From: an uncultured Bacilli bacterium
GTDB lineage: Bacteria > Bacillota_I > Bacilli_A > RF39 > UBA660
Length of the DNA: 64,000 nt
Direction: 5' to 3'
NCBI GenBank assembly: GCA_944371955.1
Contig: CALVYB010000001.1
Span: forward strand, 422-64,421
The first letter of the stretch is position 1, and each line of letters starts with the position of its first letter. Position numbers and translations under genes: made by a program. Shown here piece after piece: positions 1 to 10,311 of this stretch. Under the pieces are notes generated by a model that saw nothing but the letters and a program-made list of their open reading frames with translations, was not told where the DNA came from and did not search any database.

Positions 1-1064
1 ACTCTTGCCCTAACAGAGGTAAAACTTGTGTTATTTCTAATTGCGTAAATTTTAAAGAAGAAAAATGTCCTTTACTTGATAAACCTCCCTATGTTTGTAA
101 TGGATGTAAGCAAAAAACTCAATGTACTTTAACGAAACATATCTATGATGCTACTTTTGCCTTTCAAGAATATAGAGATGTTTTAATTGAAACTAGACAA
201 GGACTTTGGATTGATCAATCTGAAATAGATTACCTTAATTCTATTTTAGTTCCTTTAATTAAAATTCAAAATCAGTCCATTCATCAAGCTTTAGTAAATA
301 ATAAAAACAAAATTATGTTTAGTGATAAGACTATTTATAAGTTTATTGATTTAGGACTTTTAGATATTAGAAATATTGATTTACCTAGAAAAGTTAGATT
401 TAGACCAAGAAAGAAAAAAACTGCTATTTATAAAATAGATAAGACTTGTCTTGTTGGAAGAACTTATGAAGACTTTTTAGAGTATATGCAAAAACACCCT
501 GATACTCCCATTGTCCAAATGGATACTGTTGAAGGGATAAAAGGAGGTAAAGTGTTACTTACTATTCACTTTGTCAATTGTTCTTTTATGCTAGCTTTTA
601 TTAGAAATCATAATGACGCTCAATCTGTTATTGATATCTTTAATTATCTTCAAAATACATTGGGAATAGATAAGTTCAAAGAATTGTTTGTTTTAATACT
701 AACTGATAATGGTTCTGAGTTTTCTAATCCTACTGAAATTGAATTTAATCTTGGTACTGGAGAAAAAAGAACACAAATATTTTATTGCCATCCATCTAGT
801 CCTTATGAAAAAGGTTCTTGTGAAGTAAATCATGAGTTACTTAGAAGAATATTACCAAAAGGTACTTCTTTTGATAAGTTAAATCAAGAAGACATTAATT
901 TAATGATGTCACACATTAATTCTTACAAAAGAAAAAAACTGAATAATGAGTCACCATACTCTATATTCAGTAAACTTTATGGTGAAGACACCATAAACAA
1001 ATTAGGTATTCAAGAAATTGAACCTAACAATGTTAACTTATCTACCCGTTTATTAAAAAAATAA
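1..1064 (+). CDS. IS30-family transposase (5'-partial; reading frame is open from window position 3)
   Basis: Frame 3 is open from the window start through stop at 1064. C-terminal half has the IS30/rve DDE-core signature 'ILTDNGSEF' and the IS30-type tail 'HPSSPYEKGSCEVNHELLRRILPKGTSF'. N-terminal part is Cys-rich. Confidence 0.75.
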   Translation, partial: SCPNRGKTCVISNCVNFKEEKCPLLDKPPYVCNGCKQKTQCTLTKHIYDATFAFQEYRDVLIETRQGLWIDQSEIDYLNSILVPLIKIQNQSIHQALVNNKNKIMFSDKTIYKFIDLGLLDIRNIDLPRKVRFRPRKKKTAIYKIDKTCLVGRTYEDFLEYMQKHPDTPIVQMDTVEGIKGGKVLLTIHFVNCSFMLAFIRNHNDAQSVIDIFNYLQNTLGIDKFKELFVLILTDNGSEFSNPTEIEFNLGTGEKRTQIFYCHPSSPYEKGSCEVNHELLRRILPKGTSFDKLNQEDINLMMSHINSYKRKKLNNESPYSIFSKLYGEDTINKLGIQEIEPNNVNLSTRLLKK

Positions 1065-1474
1065 GTTAACCTAAATGATAAGCACCATCTACTATTAATA
1101 TTAAACTATGGGGTGGAATTCTAAAATTCAAAACATTTTATTAAAATTCGACCTCTTTTAATAGTGACTAAAATTTAGTTATTTTAGTGCTTTCACCAGT
1201 ATTTTATACGAAAAAAAAGAAAAAATCCACTACTATCATAATAATTTTAGAAAAATATTAGTCAAGTATGGAATTTAACTTTTCAAAGTGGAATTTACTT
1301 TTTCATTTCAGCTTTATTAGTTAAAGAGCTAAATTGAACAGTTTCTATTGATAAAACAACCTTGATAATTATAGAAACACAACAATCTCCGCAAAAGTCA
1401 ACAAATCATTAACTAGTTCATAATTTACCTATTATTCTGAAAATACAATGGAAAAATACTTATACAAGTTGTAT

Positions 1475-2242
1475 CTAGTGTTTTTTTGGCTTATTAGGTA
1501 TTTTAACATAAACATGTGGTTTCCCAGAAATATATTCTGCACTATAGCTAGAATCATAACCATCGACAATAGAGTATCCCAACGACTCCACATAATATTC
1601 AAAAGTACTAGACTGTTGAGAAAAAGCAGCGCTAGATCCATAATTTAAGCCTTTATCAAAAGTGCACTCATACGATTCATTAGTGCTAGATAAGCTAGAA
1701 CCACCTTTAAAATTAGCTTCATTTTCCTGGCTTATGAAACTACCAACATTTAAATCAGACTCATTTTTCTGCTGCACATGATCAGTATCTAAAGAACCTT
1801 TCTTGTTTTTTCTATTTGTTTTAATACGTTTTATTTTTTTATCCACCTTGCTAACCACATGAACAGTAAGCCAATCAGCAAGTTTTTCTAGTTGACTATA
1901 ACATTTATTAGCCGCATTCTTAAAAAAACCAGTAATCTTGCCAAACGTTCGAACAATAAAATTCTTTTTTTCAATAGGGGGAACATCGATCACATCCTGT
2001 TCAATAAAATCAAAATCTGCAATTTGACGATAATTATCATAATTATCTAAAAATTCGTCTAAAGTAATTTCTGAAATTCTAATCTTTGTTTGACAAGCCG
2101 TTCTGAAAGCCTTCACAATAGAAACATAATCTACTAGTCCATCATCATAAAAAATAGCAGCCTTTCGAACATACTTACGCTCCCCCATAACACTGACCTC
2201 ATGATCAGTAAACGTAACAATATTTAAAATTTTAGAATCCAT
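1475..2242 (-). CDS. hypothetical protein (S/N/K-rich C-terminus)
   Basis: Long ORF. Start moved to the internal ATG at 2240-2242, which is preceded by a GAGGGGATAGG ribosome-binding site. The upstream 28 codons of the tracked ORF look like AT-rich read-through. No recognisable domain. Confidence 0.5.
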   Translation of the reverse strand: MDSKILNIVTFTDHEVSVMGERKYVRKAAIFYDDGLVDYVSIVKAFRTACQTKIRISEITLDEFLDNYDNYRQIADFDFIEQDVIDVPPIEKKNFIVRTFGKITGFFKNAANKCYSQLEKLADWLTVHVVSKVDKKIKRIKTNRKNKKGSLDTDHVQQKNESDLNVGSFISQENEANFKGGSSLSSTNESYECTFDKGLNYGSSAAFSQQSSTFEYYVESLGYSIVDGYDSSYSAEYISGKPHVYVKIPNKPKKH

Positions 2243-2396
2243 ACCTATCCCCTCACTTAATATTTGAATATAATAAAAAATTATGATTTTCAATAATAGC
2301 AGTTCTGTATTGACTAACCTTTTCATTCTAAATATAGTGTGCAGTATTATTAGAAATACTACTAATACATTGAATAAAACGAAAAATCAAATTACA

Positions 2397-2891
2397 CTAA
2401 TCAAGCATTCTCTCACAAACATAGGAATCACAATATGTATAAAAATCTAAATAAGTTAGAATATAATCATTCGTTTCGCTATCTTTCAAATTAACCTTCA
2501 ATAAAAAGCCATTTTCTAATTTGGTAACTTTAACATAACTTTTTTCTTCATCGCAGAATTTATTGTTTTTATCAATTAAATCAACAATTAATTTTTGATC
2601 AATCATATTTTTCAAAGACATAGTATTAGATTCACCCATATTTTTCGGAAGGTTCTCAACTGTATAATAAGAAATTACTGATTTTTTCATTTCGTCTAAA
2701 TTATTAATAAATTTTTGAGAAACATAGGAAGGAAAAAGTTCATGTAATTTTTCCCTATTAGTAATAACCACAGGTTGACTAACCACCCGTAATAAGTGAA
2801 TACTCAAAAAGCACAAAAAAATCACCAAAATAAATTTTAATAGAAAATTTTTGAATGGAAATCCTCTTTTTTCATATAGATTTCTATACAC
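2397..2891 (-). CDS. hypothetical membrane-anchored protein (one N-terminal TM helix)
   Basis: 164-aa ORF with hydrophobic segment 'FLLKFILVIFLCFLSIHLL'. No domain recognised. Confidence 0.45.
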   Translation of the reverse strand: MYRNLYEKRGFPFKNFLLKFILVIFLCFLSIHLLRVVSQPVVITNREKLHELFPSYVSQKFINNLDEMKKSVISYYTVENLPKNMGESNTMSLKNMIDQKLIVDLIDKNNKFCDEEKSYVKVTKLENGFLLKVNLKDSETNDYILTYLDFYTYCDSYVCERMLD

Positions 2892-2954
2892 CCGACCCCT
2901 CCTATCGAAAATTACATGTATTATACTAACATTTTTTACCTAAAAAATCAAGAT

Positions 2955-3212
2955 TTAATGTAATTTCAATCTAACAATTGTTTGACCACCATTAAAAATA
3001 TCAAGTCTTGCTTCTTCTACATACTCATTGTTTTTTAATGTTTGCTGAGTAGTTTTCCGTAAAACTCCAGAACCAACGCCATGAATGATAATAGCATGAG
3101 ATACTTTCATAATATAACAATCTCTAATAAAATCATTAATCATAATTCTAGCGTAGTCCCTATCAAATCCATGTAAATCCAAAACAGGATACTGGTTATA
3201 TAAGTTCCTCAT
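2955..3212 (-). CDS. Smr (small MutS-related) domain protein
   Basis: Motifs 'LDLHG' and 'IIHGVGSGVLR' are typical of Smr domains. The ORF overlaps the upstream pfkB-family gene by 17 nt. Confidence 0.7.
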   Translation of the reverse strand: MRNLYNQYPVLDLHGFDRDYARIMINDFIRDCYIMKVSHAIIIHGVGSGVLRKTTQQTLKNNEYVEEARLDIFNGGQTIVRLKLH

Positions 3213-4089
3213 AATCTAACACTTCCGAAAGTTCAGGAATAGAAAATCTCGCTCCCACTCTAGTAACAGAAATAGCAGAAGTAATAGATGCATAGTGAAC
3301 CGCAGATCTCAACGAATAGCCATTGCCAATAAAATACGTAAATGCACCATGGAAAATATCTCCGGCACCTGTAGAATCAACAGCTTTAACCGATACAGTA
3401 GGTAAAATTTCATAATCCTGTAATTTGGTAAAACTTCCTTTATCTTCTAACGTAATTATTATTGTATTTTGAAAATATTCATGCAATTTTTCATAACAAT
3501 AAATAAGACTATTTCTATCATTAACATCAATTTTTTGAGAAGCAAATTCTTCAGCAAATGTTTTAGAACAAACAACATATTTAACTAATTTTCCTAATCG
3601 CTTAGTATCTTCCGTCAACCTTCCAGCATCAATCACACTAATTGCTTGTGGATTGGCAATCAACACTTTCTCTGCAGTTTCAGGATGTTCTCCATCGATC
3701 AAGATTAAATCTGCATGAATATCACCGCTATGATTAAGTTTTCGAATAGGATTCTTTTTAGAAGTAATAATAGTTCTACTACCATTAGCCCGATTAGCAA
3801 TAATATAACTACTAGAAGTCATGTATCCAGAATGCACCTCAATACAATCAGTACAAGCCCCAACTTTTTGAAACTCCTCTATCACCTGATGACCATAATA
3901 ATCATCTCCTACAGCCGACATAATAGTGGTATCCATTCCCCATTTAGCAAGCAAATATGCCCCGTTAGAAGCTGGCCCTCCACCGCACTCAATATGATTG
4001 TTTATTCTATATTTCAAATTCTCAGTTGGATAAAAATCCATAGGTAAAGTTGTATCATACGTAGAATGACCAACACACACTACCTTCAT
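3196..4089 (-). CDS. PfkB-family carbohydrate/ribokinase-like kinase
   Basis: N-terminal 'GGGPASNGA' and C-terminal 'DSTGAGDIFHGAF' signatures of the ribokinase/pfkB family. Confidence 0.8.
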   Translation of the reverse strand: MKVVCVGHSTYDTTLPMDFYPTENLKYRINNHIECGGGPASNGAYLLAKWGMDTTIMSAVGDDYYGHQVIEEFQKVGACTDCIEVHSGYMTSSSYIIANRANGSRTIITSKKNPIRKLNHSGDIHADLILIDGEHPETAEKVLIANPQAISVIDAGRLTEDTKRLGKLVKYVVCSKTFAEEFASQKIDVNDRNSLIYCYEKLHEYFQNTIIITLEDKGSFTKLQDYEILPTVSVKAVDSTGAGDIFHGAFTYFIGNGYSLRSAVHYASITSAISVTRVGARFSIPELSEVLDYEELI

Positions 4090-4294
4090 AAAATCACCTC
4101 ATTATTCTTTAACTATTATATCAAAAAATTTCATACATTTCAAAAATATTATTTCACATTTTTATATATAAAATTACAAAAACTACATAATCAAAATAAA
4201 TTTTACTTTAAAATATAATATCAATTACAAATTCTAAAAAACGTATAACTACAATAATTATCAATAAATCCATACAATAAACAGTAATATAAAA

Positions 4295-4312
4295 GAGTGA
4301 TAAAAATCACTC
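4295..4312 (-). terminator. rho-independent terminator downstream of the hydrogenase gene
   Basis: GAGTGAT-AAAA-ATCACTC hairpin followed by a T-run on the minus strand, about 30 nt after the stop at 4340. Confidence 0.5.
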
Positions 4313-4339
4313 ATAAATAAAATTCAATAATATATTTTT

Positions 4340-5770
4340 TTATCTCTTAATATAGGTTGTATGTAATAATTCTTTTGCTAAAGGACTTCCAACACCTTGA
4401 AAGAATTTTTTATAAATAGAAATAATATCTGGATTATTATAACTACAACGAATTTTTGAAGTATGGTCCCTTTCATACAAACTTTTAATTCTTTTTTCTT
4501 TTAACATTTGTTCCTCTTCTAAAAACAATTTAGGTTGTCCTCCGCCACCAATACAACCACCTTCACAATTCATTACTTCAATAAAATGATATTTGCATCT
4601 ATTATTTTTAATATCTTCAATTATATTCTTTATATTAGTAATACCATGAACAACAGCAACATTTAAGGTTAAATCGCCAACATCAATGGTAGCTTCTTTA
4701 ACATTTTCATATCCTCTGACATCATGAAATACCACTTCATCAAGATCTTCTTTTGTAATCATATTATAAGCCGTTCTTAGAGCAGCTTCCATAACTCCGC
4801 CAGTATTTCCAAAAATAATACCAGCACCACTACCTTCTCCAAGAACACTATCATAATCAGATTCTGGTATGTCTTCATATTTTATATTTTTTTCCTTAAT
4901 TATTTTCACCAATTCTGATATGGTAATAACTAAATCCGTTCCATCAATTTCTTCTCGTGTAATTTCAAATTTTTTAGCAGTACATGGAGTAATAGCCACA
5001 GTATATGCATTATCTATATTATTACTTTTACAAAAATACTCTTTAACAACTTTCCCCATCATTCCTATTGGACTTTTGCAACTAGAAATGTTATCCAAAA
5101 TTTCAGGATAAAATTGTTCTGCATATTTAATCCACGCTGGGCAACAAGAAGTAAACATTGGTAACTTACCATTATTTTTTATCCTATTCACTAATTCATT
5201 AGCTTCTTCCATAATAGTCAAATCTGCAGCAAAAGTAGTATCAAATACATACTTAAACCCTAACAATCTTAATGCACCTATTAATTTTTCTTGTGAGAAA
5301 GTTCCAACTTCCATTCCAAAGCATTCGGCAAATGAAACCCTAACTGACGGTGATGTATAAGCAATAGTTATTTTATTACTTTCTAATGCCTCATATAATT
5401 TTTTTCTATCATCTTTAGGAATCAATGCATTAACCGGACAAGTTTGAATACACTGTCCACAATTCACACATAATTCACTATTTTTATCAAAAGTCATTCC
5501 TTCTTTTACTGTACAAGTTCTAACACACAAACCACAATTAATACAGTTAGAATTAATTCTTTCTATTGAAACATTATTCTCACTTATTTGAACAGCATTG
5601 CTTAATGTATCCTCTTCTTTTTTTTCTTCAACTACATCTTCAACTAATTCAAACATATCTTTACCAACTCCACATAGTGGACAAGTCCAATCTTCAGGTA
5701 AATCTGCAAATTTAATTTCTTCTTTTTCATCATCATATATATATCCACATAACATACATTTATATTTCAT
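4340..5770 (-). CDS. hydA: [FeFe]-hydrogenase catalytic subunit with an N-terminal rubredoxin domain and two [4Fe-4S] ferredoxin motifs
   Basis: Rubredoxin pattern 'CMLCGYIYD...[15 protein letters not shown]'. Two CxxCxxCxxxCP ferredoxin motifs. H-cluster motifs 'TSCCPAWI', '[10 protein letters not shown]' and '[14 protein letters not shown]'. Confidence 0.85.
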   Translation of the reverse strand: MKYKCMLCGYIYDDEKEEIKFADLPEDWTCPLCGVGKDMFELVEDVVEEKKEEDTLSNAVQISENNVSIERINSNCINCGLCVRTCTVKEGMTFDKNSELCVNCGQCIQTCPVNALIPKDDRKKLYEALESNKITIAYTSPSVRVSFAECFGMEVGTFSQEKLIGALRLLGFKYVFDTTFAADLTIMEEANELVNRIKNNGKLPMFTSCCPAWIKYAEQFYPEILDNISSCKSPIGMMGKVVKEYFCKSNNIDNAYTVAITPCTAKKFEITREEIDGTDLVITISELVKIIKEKNIKYEDIPESDYDSVLGEGSGAGIIFGNTGGVMEAALRTAYNMITKEDLDEVVFHDVRGYENVKEATIDVGDLTLNVAVVHGITNIKNIIEDIKNNRCKYHFIEVMNCEGGCIGGGGQPKLFLEEEQMLKEKRIKSLYERDHTSKIRCSYNNPDIISIYKKFFQGVGSPLAKELLHTTYIKR

Positions 5771-6000
5771 ATGAATTACCTCCTAAATAATTATAGATAA
5801 ACATCTACACAAATAAATACTTATCTATTAATTATTGTATACTACAAAAAAGACTAAATCAAACTAATTTAGCCTTAATCACCTTTTTTGTTAATAATGC
5901 CTGATAACAGCAATATTCCTAAAATTTTCACTAAAGTCCATAATATCACTTAACCTATATAGATTTTATTCAAAAGTATATTACTTAAATCCCAACATTT

Positions 6001-7261
6001 TTAACCTATACGAAAAGCTGGAGAAACACCACCAGTTACGCGCGCAGCATTATACAAAGTTGATTCATCATCTAGAGACGTTCTTACCGTAACATAAAAA
6101 CCGTTTATATAATGACTAGTAGCAGACCGTAACCAGAACCACCTTGGCGCACCTTGATATTCCTTAAATGCACCAGTCACATTAGATGCCGTTACACCAA
6201 TTTGTCTATAGTAGTCTAATTGTCGAGTTTGATTAGTTAAAGTATCTCTATAATGATCCACGCCATATATTTCTTTTGTTGATAATAAATATAATTTATC
6301 AATTGACTTAAAATTACTATTGTCTTCTGGACCATGGCTGGAAATCACAATAGTATCAATAATTCCATTCTTTAAATCATTGGGTAACATTTGATAAAAT
6401 TCGTTTTGCAAGTACCTCCTCATCTCAGTAGCAGGCCAGCCCCCCTTATTAAAACCTTTTGGATATTCGGTAGTTGTAAAATTCATCGGGTGACCAGTAA
6501 TTTGATCTGCAAATTCTAATACAAATCCACATGCTGTTTGAGAAAAATCTTCTGTACTACATTCCACAGGAGTTTCTTTGTTAGCTATCCTTAACACATG
6601 AACACCAAGTTTTCCTAAATCTACTTCTTTGGTATCTCCAACATGATACAGTTCAGTATTATTGTTTCTAACAGCCGCTATAATAGTATCCAAAGAGTCA
6701 TCCGCAAAAGATGTTACACTAGAGTCTTTATATGGACAAGCAAAAGAAGTTTCCGCAGGAATTGACCTAATAGTCGCGACTTTAACTTTTACATCTTCTC
6801 TTTCTAATTTGTCAGACTGTTTTTGATCATTTACAATACCATGGCCTTGTTTATCTGTTAGATAAATGTAATATTTAGTAGTTTGATTTTCATTACTATC
6901 TCGTTCTACTTTTATTTTTACATAACCAAACAAATCCGCATTCCCCCCATGGAGATTTACCCCCAGACTCCAACAATACTGGTAAAGAAGAATCTGTTGT
7001 ATCAATCGGTATATAATATGTACCTTCTGAATTTGATAGCGAACTTACTTTATTCTTACCACAAGTAACATCTTCTAGCAACCACATATTTCTAGCACCA
7101 TTAACATATTGTTGAGCAATATTTAAAAAGCTAGATTTTCTGGCATTCTCAATATATCTTGTCATAGATGGGATTGCAACCATCATTAAAATTCCAATAA
7201 TAACTATTACCGCTAATAATTCTATTAAAGTAAATCCTTTACTGTTTATTCTTTTTATAAT
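6001..7261 (-). pseudogene. type IV pilin/pseudopilin-like protein with a large C-terminal domain, interrupted by a frameshift at a G6 tract (two ORFs, 6896..7261 and 6001..7005)
   Basis: N-terminus 'KRINSKGFTLIELLAVIVIIGILMMVAIPSMTRY' is a class-III prepilin signal (G|FTLIE). There is no in-frame ATG/GTG/TTG between the upstream TAA and the signal; only ATT/ATA codons follow the AGGAGG site. The two reading frames meet at CCCCCC (6943..6948 on the plus strand); removing one G fuses them into a protein of about 420 aa. Confidence 0.6.
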
Positions 7262-7386
7262 ACCTCCTATTCTGTCATCTTATCAAAACTAATAAAATAA
7301 CAGTTTCCTAATTAATTCAATTATAAAATCAATAACCGTCATCACCTCATCCCACTTACCAATTTCATAACCTGTTAAATTATAAT

Positions 7387-7593
7387 TTATGTCAATGACA
7401 GTATTATCAAAGTTATTCCAACTATCAAACAAAGAACTCCCCAAATTTTAGTTAAGAGAATTACCTGTTTTTTATTATGAATTTTTTGTATTTGTAAAAA
7501 AGCAGTATCTGGTGATTTTAAATTCAAAAAGAATTTAGGAAATAGTACTAGCAAAAATGAAATTATACTTACAATTATTCCAATAATTAACAT
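7387..7593 (-). CDS. small two-TM membrane protein
   Basis: 68-aa ORF directly downstream of the CPBP gene in the same orientation. Two hydrophobic helices. Confidence 0.3.
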   Translation of the reverse strand: MLIIGIIVSIISFLLVLFPKFFLNLKSPDTAFLQIQKIHNKKQVILLTKIWGVLCLIVGITLIILSLT

Positions 7594-7605
7594 TTAAATC
7601 ACTCC

Positions 7606-8049
7606 TTATGCCAAAGAAAACATCGCTACAATTGAAGCAAATATATTAGAAAGAGCATGGATAAACCAGCTAGGTAAAATTGAACCATTGGCCTTTTTTT
7701 CATTTAGATATCCCATACTAAATGCTATAATTCCTATAAAAAACACTATAAGCAAAACTCTTGCTACATCTAACACATTAAAAAACATAACCCCATGCAA
7801 TAAGCCAAATATTACACTTTGAATAATATTGGCACTCATATAACCGAATTTGTTAGCCAATCTCTTCAGCAAAAAACCTCTAAATAACAGTTCTTCTGGC
7901 AATGATGTATTAAAAACCGAGTAGATAAGCGCAGGTAATAATCCTTTTATTCCCATTCCGTTAAATTCAGATACTGCTGTTTCAACATCTTTTATCAAAT
8001 AAATTATAATAGAGGAAATTACAATATAACTTACCGCTATTATAAACAT
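7606..8049 (-). CDS. CPBP family intramembrane metalloprotease (CAAX protease / bacteriocin-immunity-like); probably extends to 8221 through a homopolymer frameshift
   Basis: 'EELLFRGFLL...FGLLHG' CPBP motifs. A 50-aa TM-containing ORF (8221..8069, 'MSIVLVNTIISSIMQIFLFSLVTLIWWLA...') joins this frame if one A is removed from the A7 run (T7 at 8087..8093 on the plus strand). Confidence 0.65.
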   Translation of the reverse strand: MFIIAVSYIVISSIIIYLIKDVETAVSEFNGMGIKGLLPALIYSVFNTSLPEELLFRGFLLKRLANKFGYMSANIIQSVIFGLLHGVMFFNVLDVARVLLIVFFIGIIAFSMGYLNEKKANGSILPSWFIHALSNIFASIVAMFSLA

Positions 8050-8262
8050 AACAATAATTGATTCTTTTCTATTTTCATGTTTTATCTTTTTTTAGTCCAA
8101 CCCAACTAAAAAACAATTCTTTTTTTCTTGCAGTAGCTAACCACCATATCAAAGTCACTAAAGAAAATAAAAAGATCTGCATAATACTGCTTATTATTGT
8201 ATTTACTAAAACAATACTCATAAATTATCATAACTCCTTACGACTCGCTACTTTTACATTTT

Positions 8263-9057
8263 TTATTCAAAATAATAGGTCGAATTTTTATTATTTTGAA
8301 TTATAGCGTTTTTTGGCACTACTTTTAAAATATTAAATACATTATAAATATCAGGATAAACACTTACCATTCCCATTATTGACATTCCAAACAGTATGCC
8401 ATTTAATTGTTTTAAGTCACTACTACTAAAACAAAATATAACTAATGGAACCAGTCCTAAAATAATTGGTAATATACTTAAAAATACAAAACGATTTCTC
8501 TTTACCGGGCATGAAGATAGAGCTACCGCCGTTAAACTTTTAGGCATTATACCTATGTATACCGTTGCATCTTTTGGAAAAGCAACAGCATGTAACAATT
8601 CGTGAACAAATATTAACAAAAATCCTATGACAACGCCTATAAATAGACCACCTACATTTATTACCTTTTCATTTGCTATAAATGTTTTTATAAATATACA
8701 TATAAAACAAATTAAGATAGATGGAATCATAAAAGGTAATGCTTTCACTTGCATTTTTATCATATCTTCTTCACTATCTAATTTTTTAGCACTTGTAGGT
8801 ATATCAGAAGTAGGGAAATCACTCTCACTCTTTATTATACCTTTCCATACAATTTTAGACATTTTTCCACTTCTCTCTACTATACAACCTACTATCATTA
8901 TAGCACAAAATATCATAATTTTAGTCTTTCTTTTATATTCATTGCTTTGATTAAATTTACCACTATAATATTTCACTGCGTTACCGACATCACCAGTTAT
9001 TAAAACTAAATTCTCATTCTTACCATTTTCGTAACAATTCGTTCCCCTAACAATCAT
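8263..9057 (-). CDS. DUF3267-like putative zincin metallopeptidase (membrane)
   Basis: 'FVHELLHAVAFP' HExxH motif embedded in several TM segments. Architecture resembles DUF3267. Confidence 0.55.
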   Translation of the reverse strand: MIVRGTNCYENGKNENLVLITGDVGNAVKYYSGKFNQSNEYKRKTKIMIFCAIMIVGCIVERSGKMSKIVWKGIIKSESDFPTSDIPTSAKKLDSEEDMIKMQVKALPFMIPSILICFICIFIKTFIANEKVINVGGLFIGVVIGFLLIFVHELLHAVAFPKDATVYIGIMPKSLTAVALSSCPVKRNRFVFLSILPIILGLVPLVIFCFSSSDLKQLNGILFGMSIMGMVSVYPDIYNVFNILKVVPKNAIIQNNKNSTYYFE

Positions 9058-9074
9058 AATTTTGCCGCTTACAA

Positions 9075-10220
9075 TTATTTACCAAAACGATTACTATCTT
9101 TTCTAGCTTGATATTCTGCAATGAATTTAGTAATATTAACATTTGATTCCATCGAACGTAAAGTATCATATACTGTATCCATCATATTATTAATATAAGC
9201 CTCGCTAATAGCAAAATCATATTGATATTCATGTTCAAAGTCTCCTCTATTGATATCTTTACAAATATATTTTCCATAGAATCTACTTAAATTAAATACA
9301 TCAGATTCAATTCTTATACTGTTTGTTTCAATATCCCAATATTCTTTCCCTTCCTCAGCAATTTCACGACAAACAACGTTTACAACATACCCGCATAATT
9401 CTCTATACGTTTCATAATCTTCTTCACTTACAATAAGTAAATCGCGATTAATAAAGCCCTTATCTCTTAAATATCTTTTATAATTATCACTTTCTCCTAA
9501 TAAATAGAAGAATTCATATTTATTAAATGTTGGTATTTCTTTTTTACAAGCTAATAAAAACTTGGCTTTAGAAGCTCGAACTAAATTATCAAGTTTCGCT
9601 GCATCTTCATCTGAAATTACGGCATCATAACTTAAAGAAGAAGCAATTTGTAATGGGCTAGGACACACATATCTAATTGTTTCAAATATTTTCTTAGGAT
9701 CATTAGGGTCAAACTTATTATCTTCTCTATTATAAATAAAATCTATAAACCAAAATCCAGTCTCTGCATCATAGAATAAATTCTTATTTTTCGCTTCATA
9801 TCCCATCTCATACAACATACACGCATCAGACACTAATTTTCTGTACTGCTCAAATGGAATCAAACTAACAAATTCTACTTCACTTAATACTCTTTCTATT
9901 GGGGCTCCATATTTAGCCATTAAACCAGCACACTTACCTCTACATTTTTCTTGTAAAACATAGCAAACGTCATCTTCGCCTTCCACCACTCGCTTCATAT
10001 CAAGATGTCGAGGTGTATTAACAGCCATTGACGCTTTTTCATTAATGCCCTTCATAACAATTTCTTGATTTTCTCTTGCTCTATATCCAGGTTTAACATA
10101 TTTTAATGGTAAAATATATTTTACTAAAACAACATTTCCAAGATCATAACACGCTGATCCGCCAACACTTATATCATCTAATTTCTTAGCTTCTTCTATT
10201 GCATCATCTATACAAATCAT
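9075..10220 (-). CDS. hypothetical cytoplasmic protein, weak protein-kinase-like/phosphotransferase-like motifs
   Basis: 381-aa ORF, 17 nt upstream of the zincin gene. 'NLFYDAETGFWFIDF' resembles the catalytic-loop and 'IDF' segment of APH/CotS-type kinases. No firm assignment. Confidence 0.45.
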   Translation of the reverse strand: MICIDDAIEEAKKLDDISVGGSACYDLGNVVLVKYILPLKYVKPGYRARENQEIVMKGINEKASMAVNTPRHLDMKRVVEGEDDVCYVLQEKCRGKCAGLMAKYGAPIERVLSEVEFVSLIPFEQYRKLVSDACMLYEMGYEAKNKNLFYDAETGFWFIDFIYNREDNKFDPNDPKKIFETIRYVCPSPLQIASSLSYDAVISDEDAAKLDNLVRASKAKFLLACKKEIPTFNKYEFFYLLGESDNYKRYLRDKGFINRDLLIVSEEDYETYRELCGYVVNVVCREIAEEGKEYWDIETNSIRIESDVFNLSRFYGKYICKDINRGDFEHEYQYDFAISEAYINNMMDTVYDTLRSMESNVNITKFIAEYQARKDSNRFGK

Positions 10221-10311
10221 ATTTCCAACTCCTTTGATTATTATATCACACTAATTAAATATATTTTATTATCTTACTATCAAGTTATATTAATTTCTAA
10301 ATTATATTTTA

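Noticed and set aside
1432-1648. Short ORFs 1432..1641(-) and 1448..1648(+) in the IS30-proximal spacer
   Set aside because: Low-complexity translations overlapping each other and the 3' end of the 1475..2242 gene. Typical AT-rich shadow ORFs.
3715-4047. Plus-strand 110-aa ORF inside the pfkB gene
   Set aside because: It is antisense to a well-supported kinase gene, has a low-complexity S/N/I-rich translation and no ribosome-binding site.
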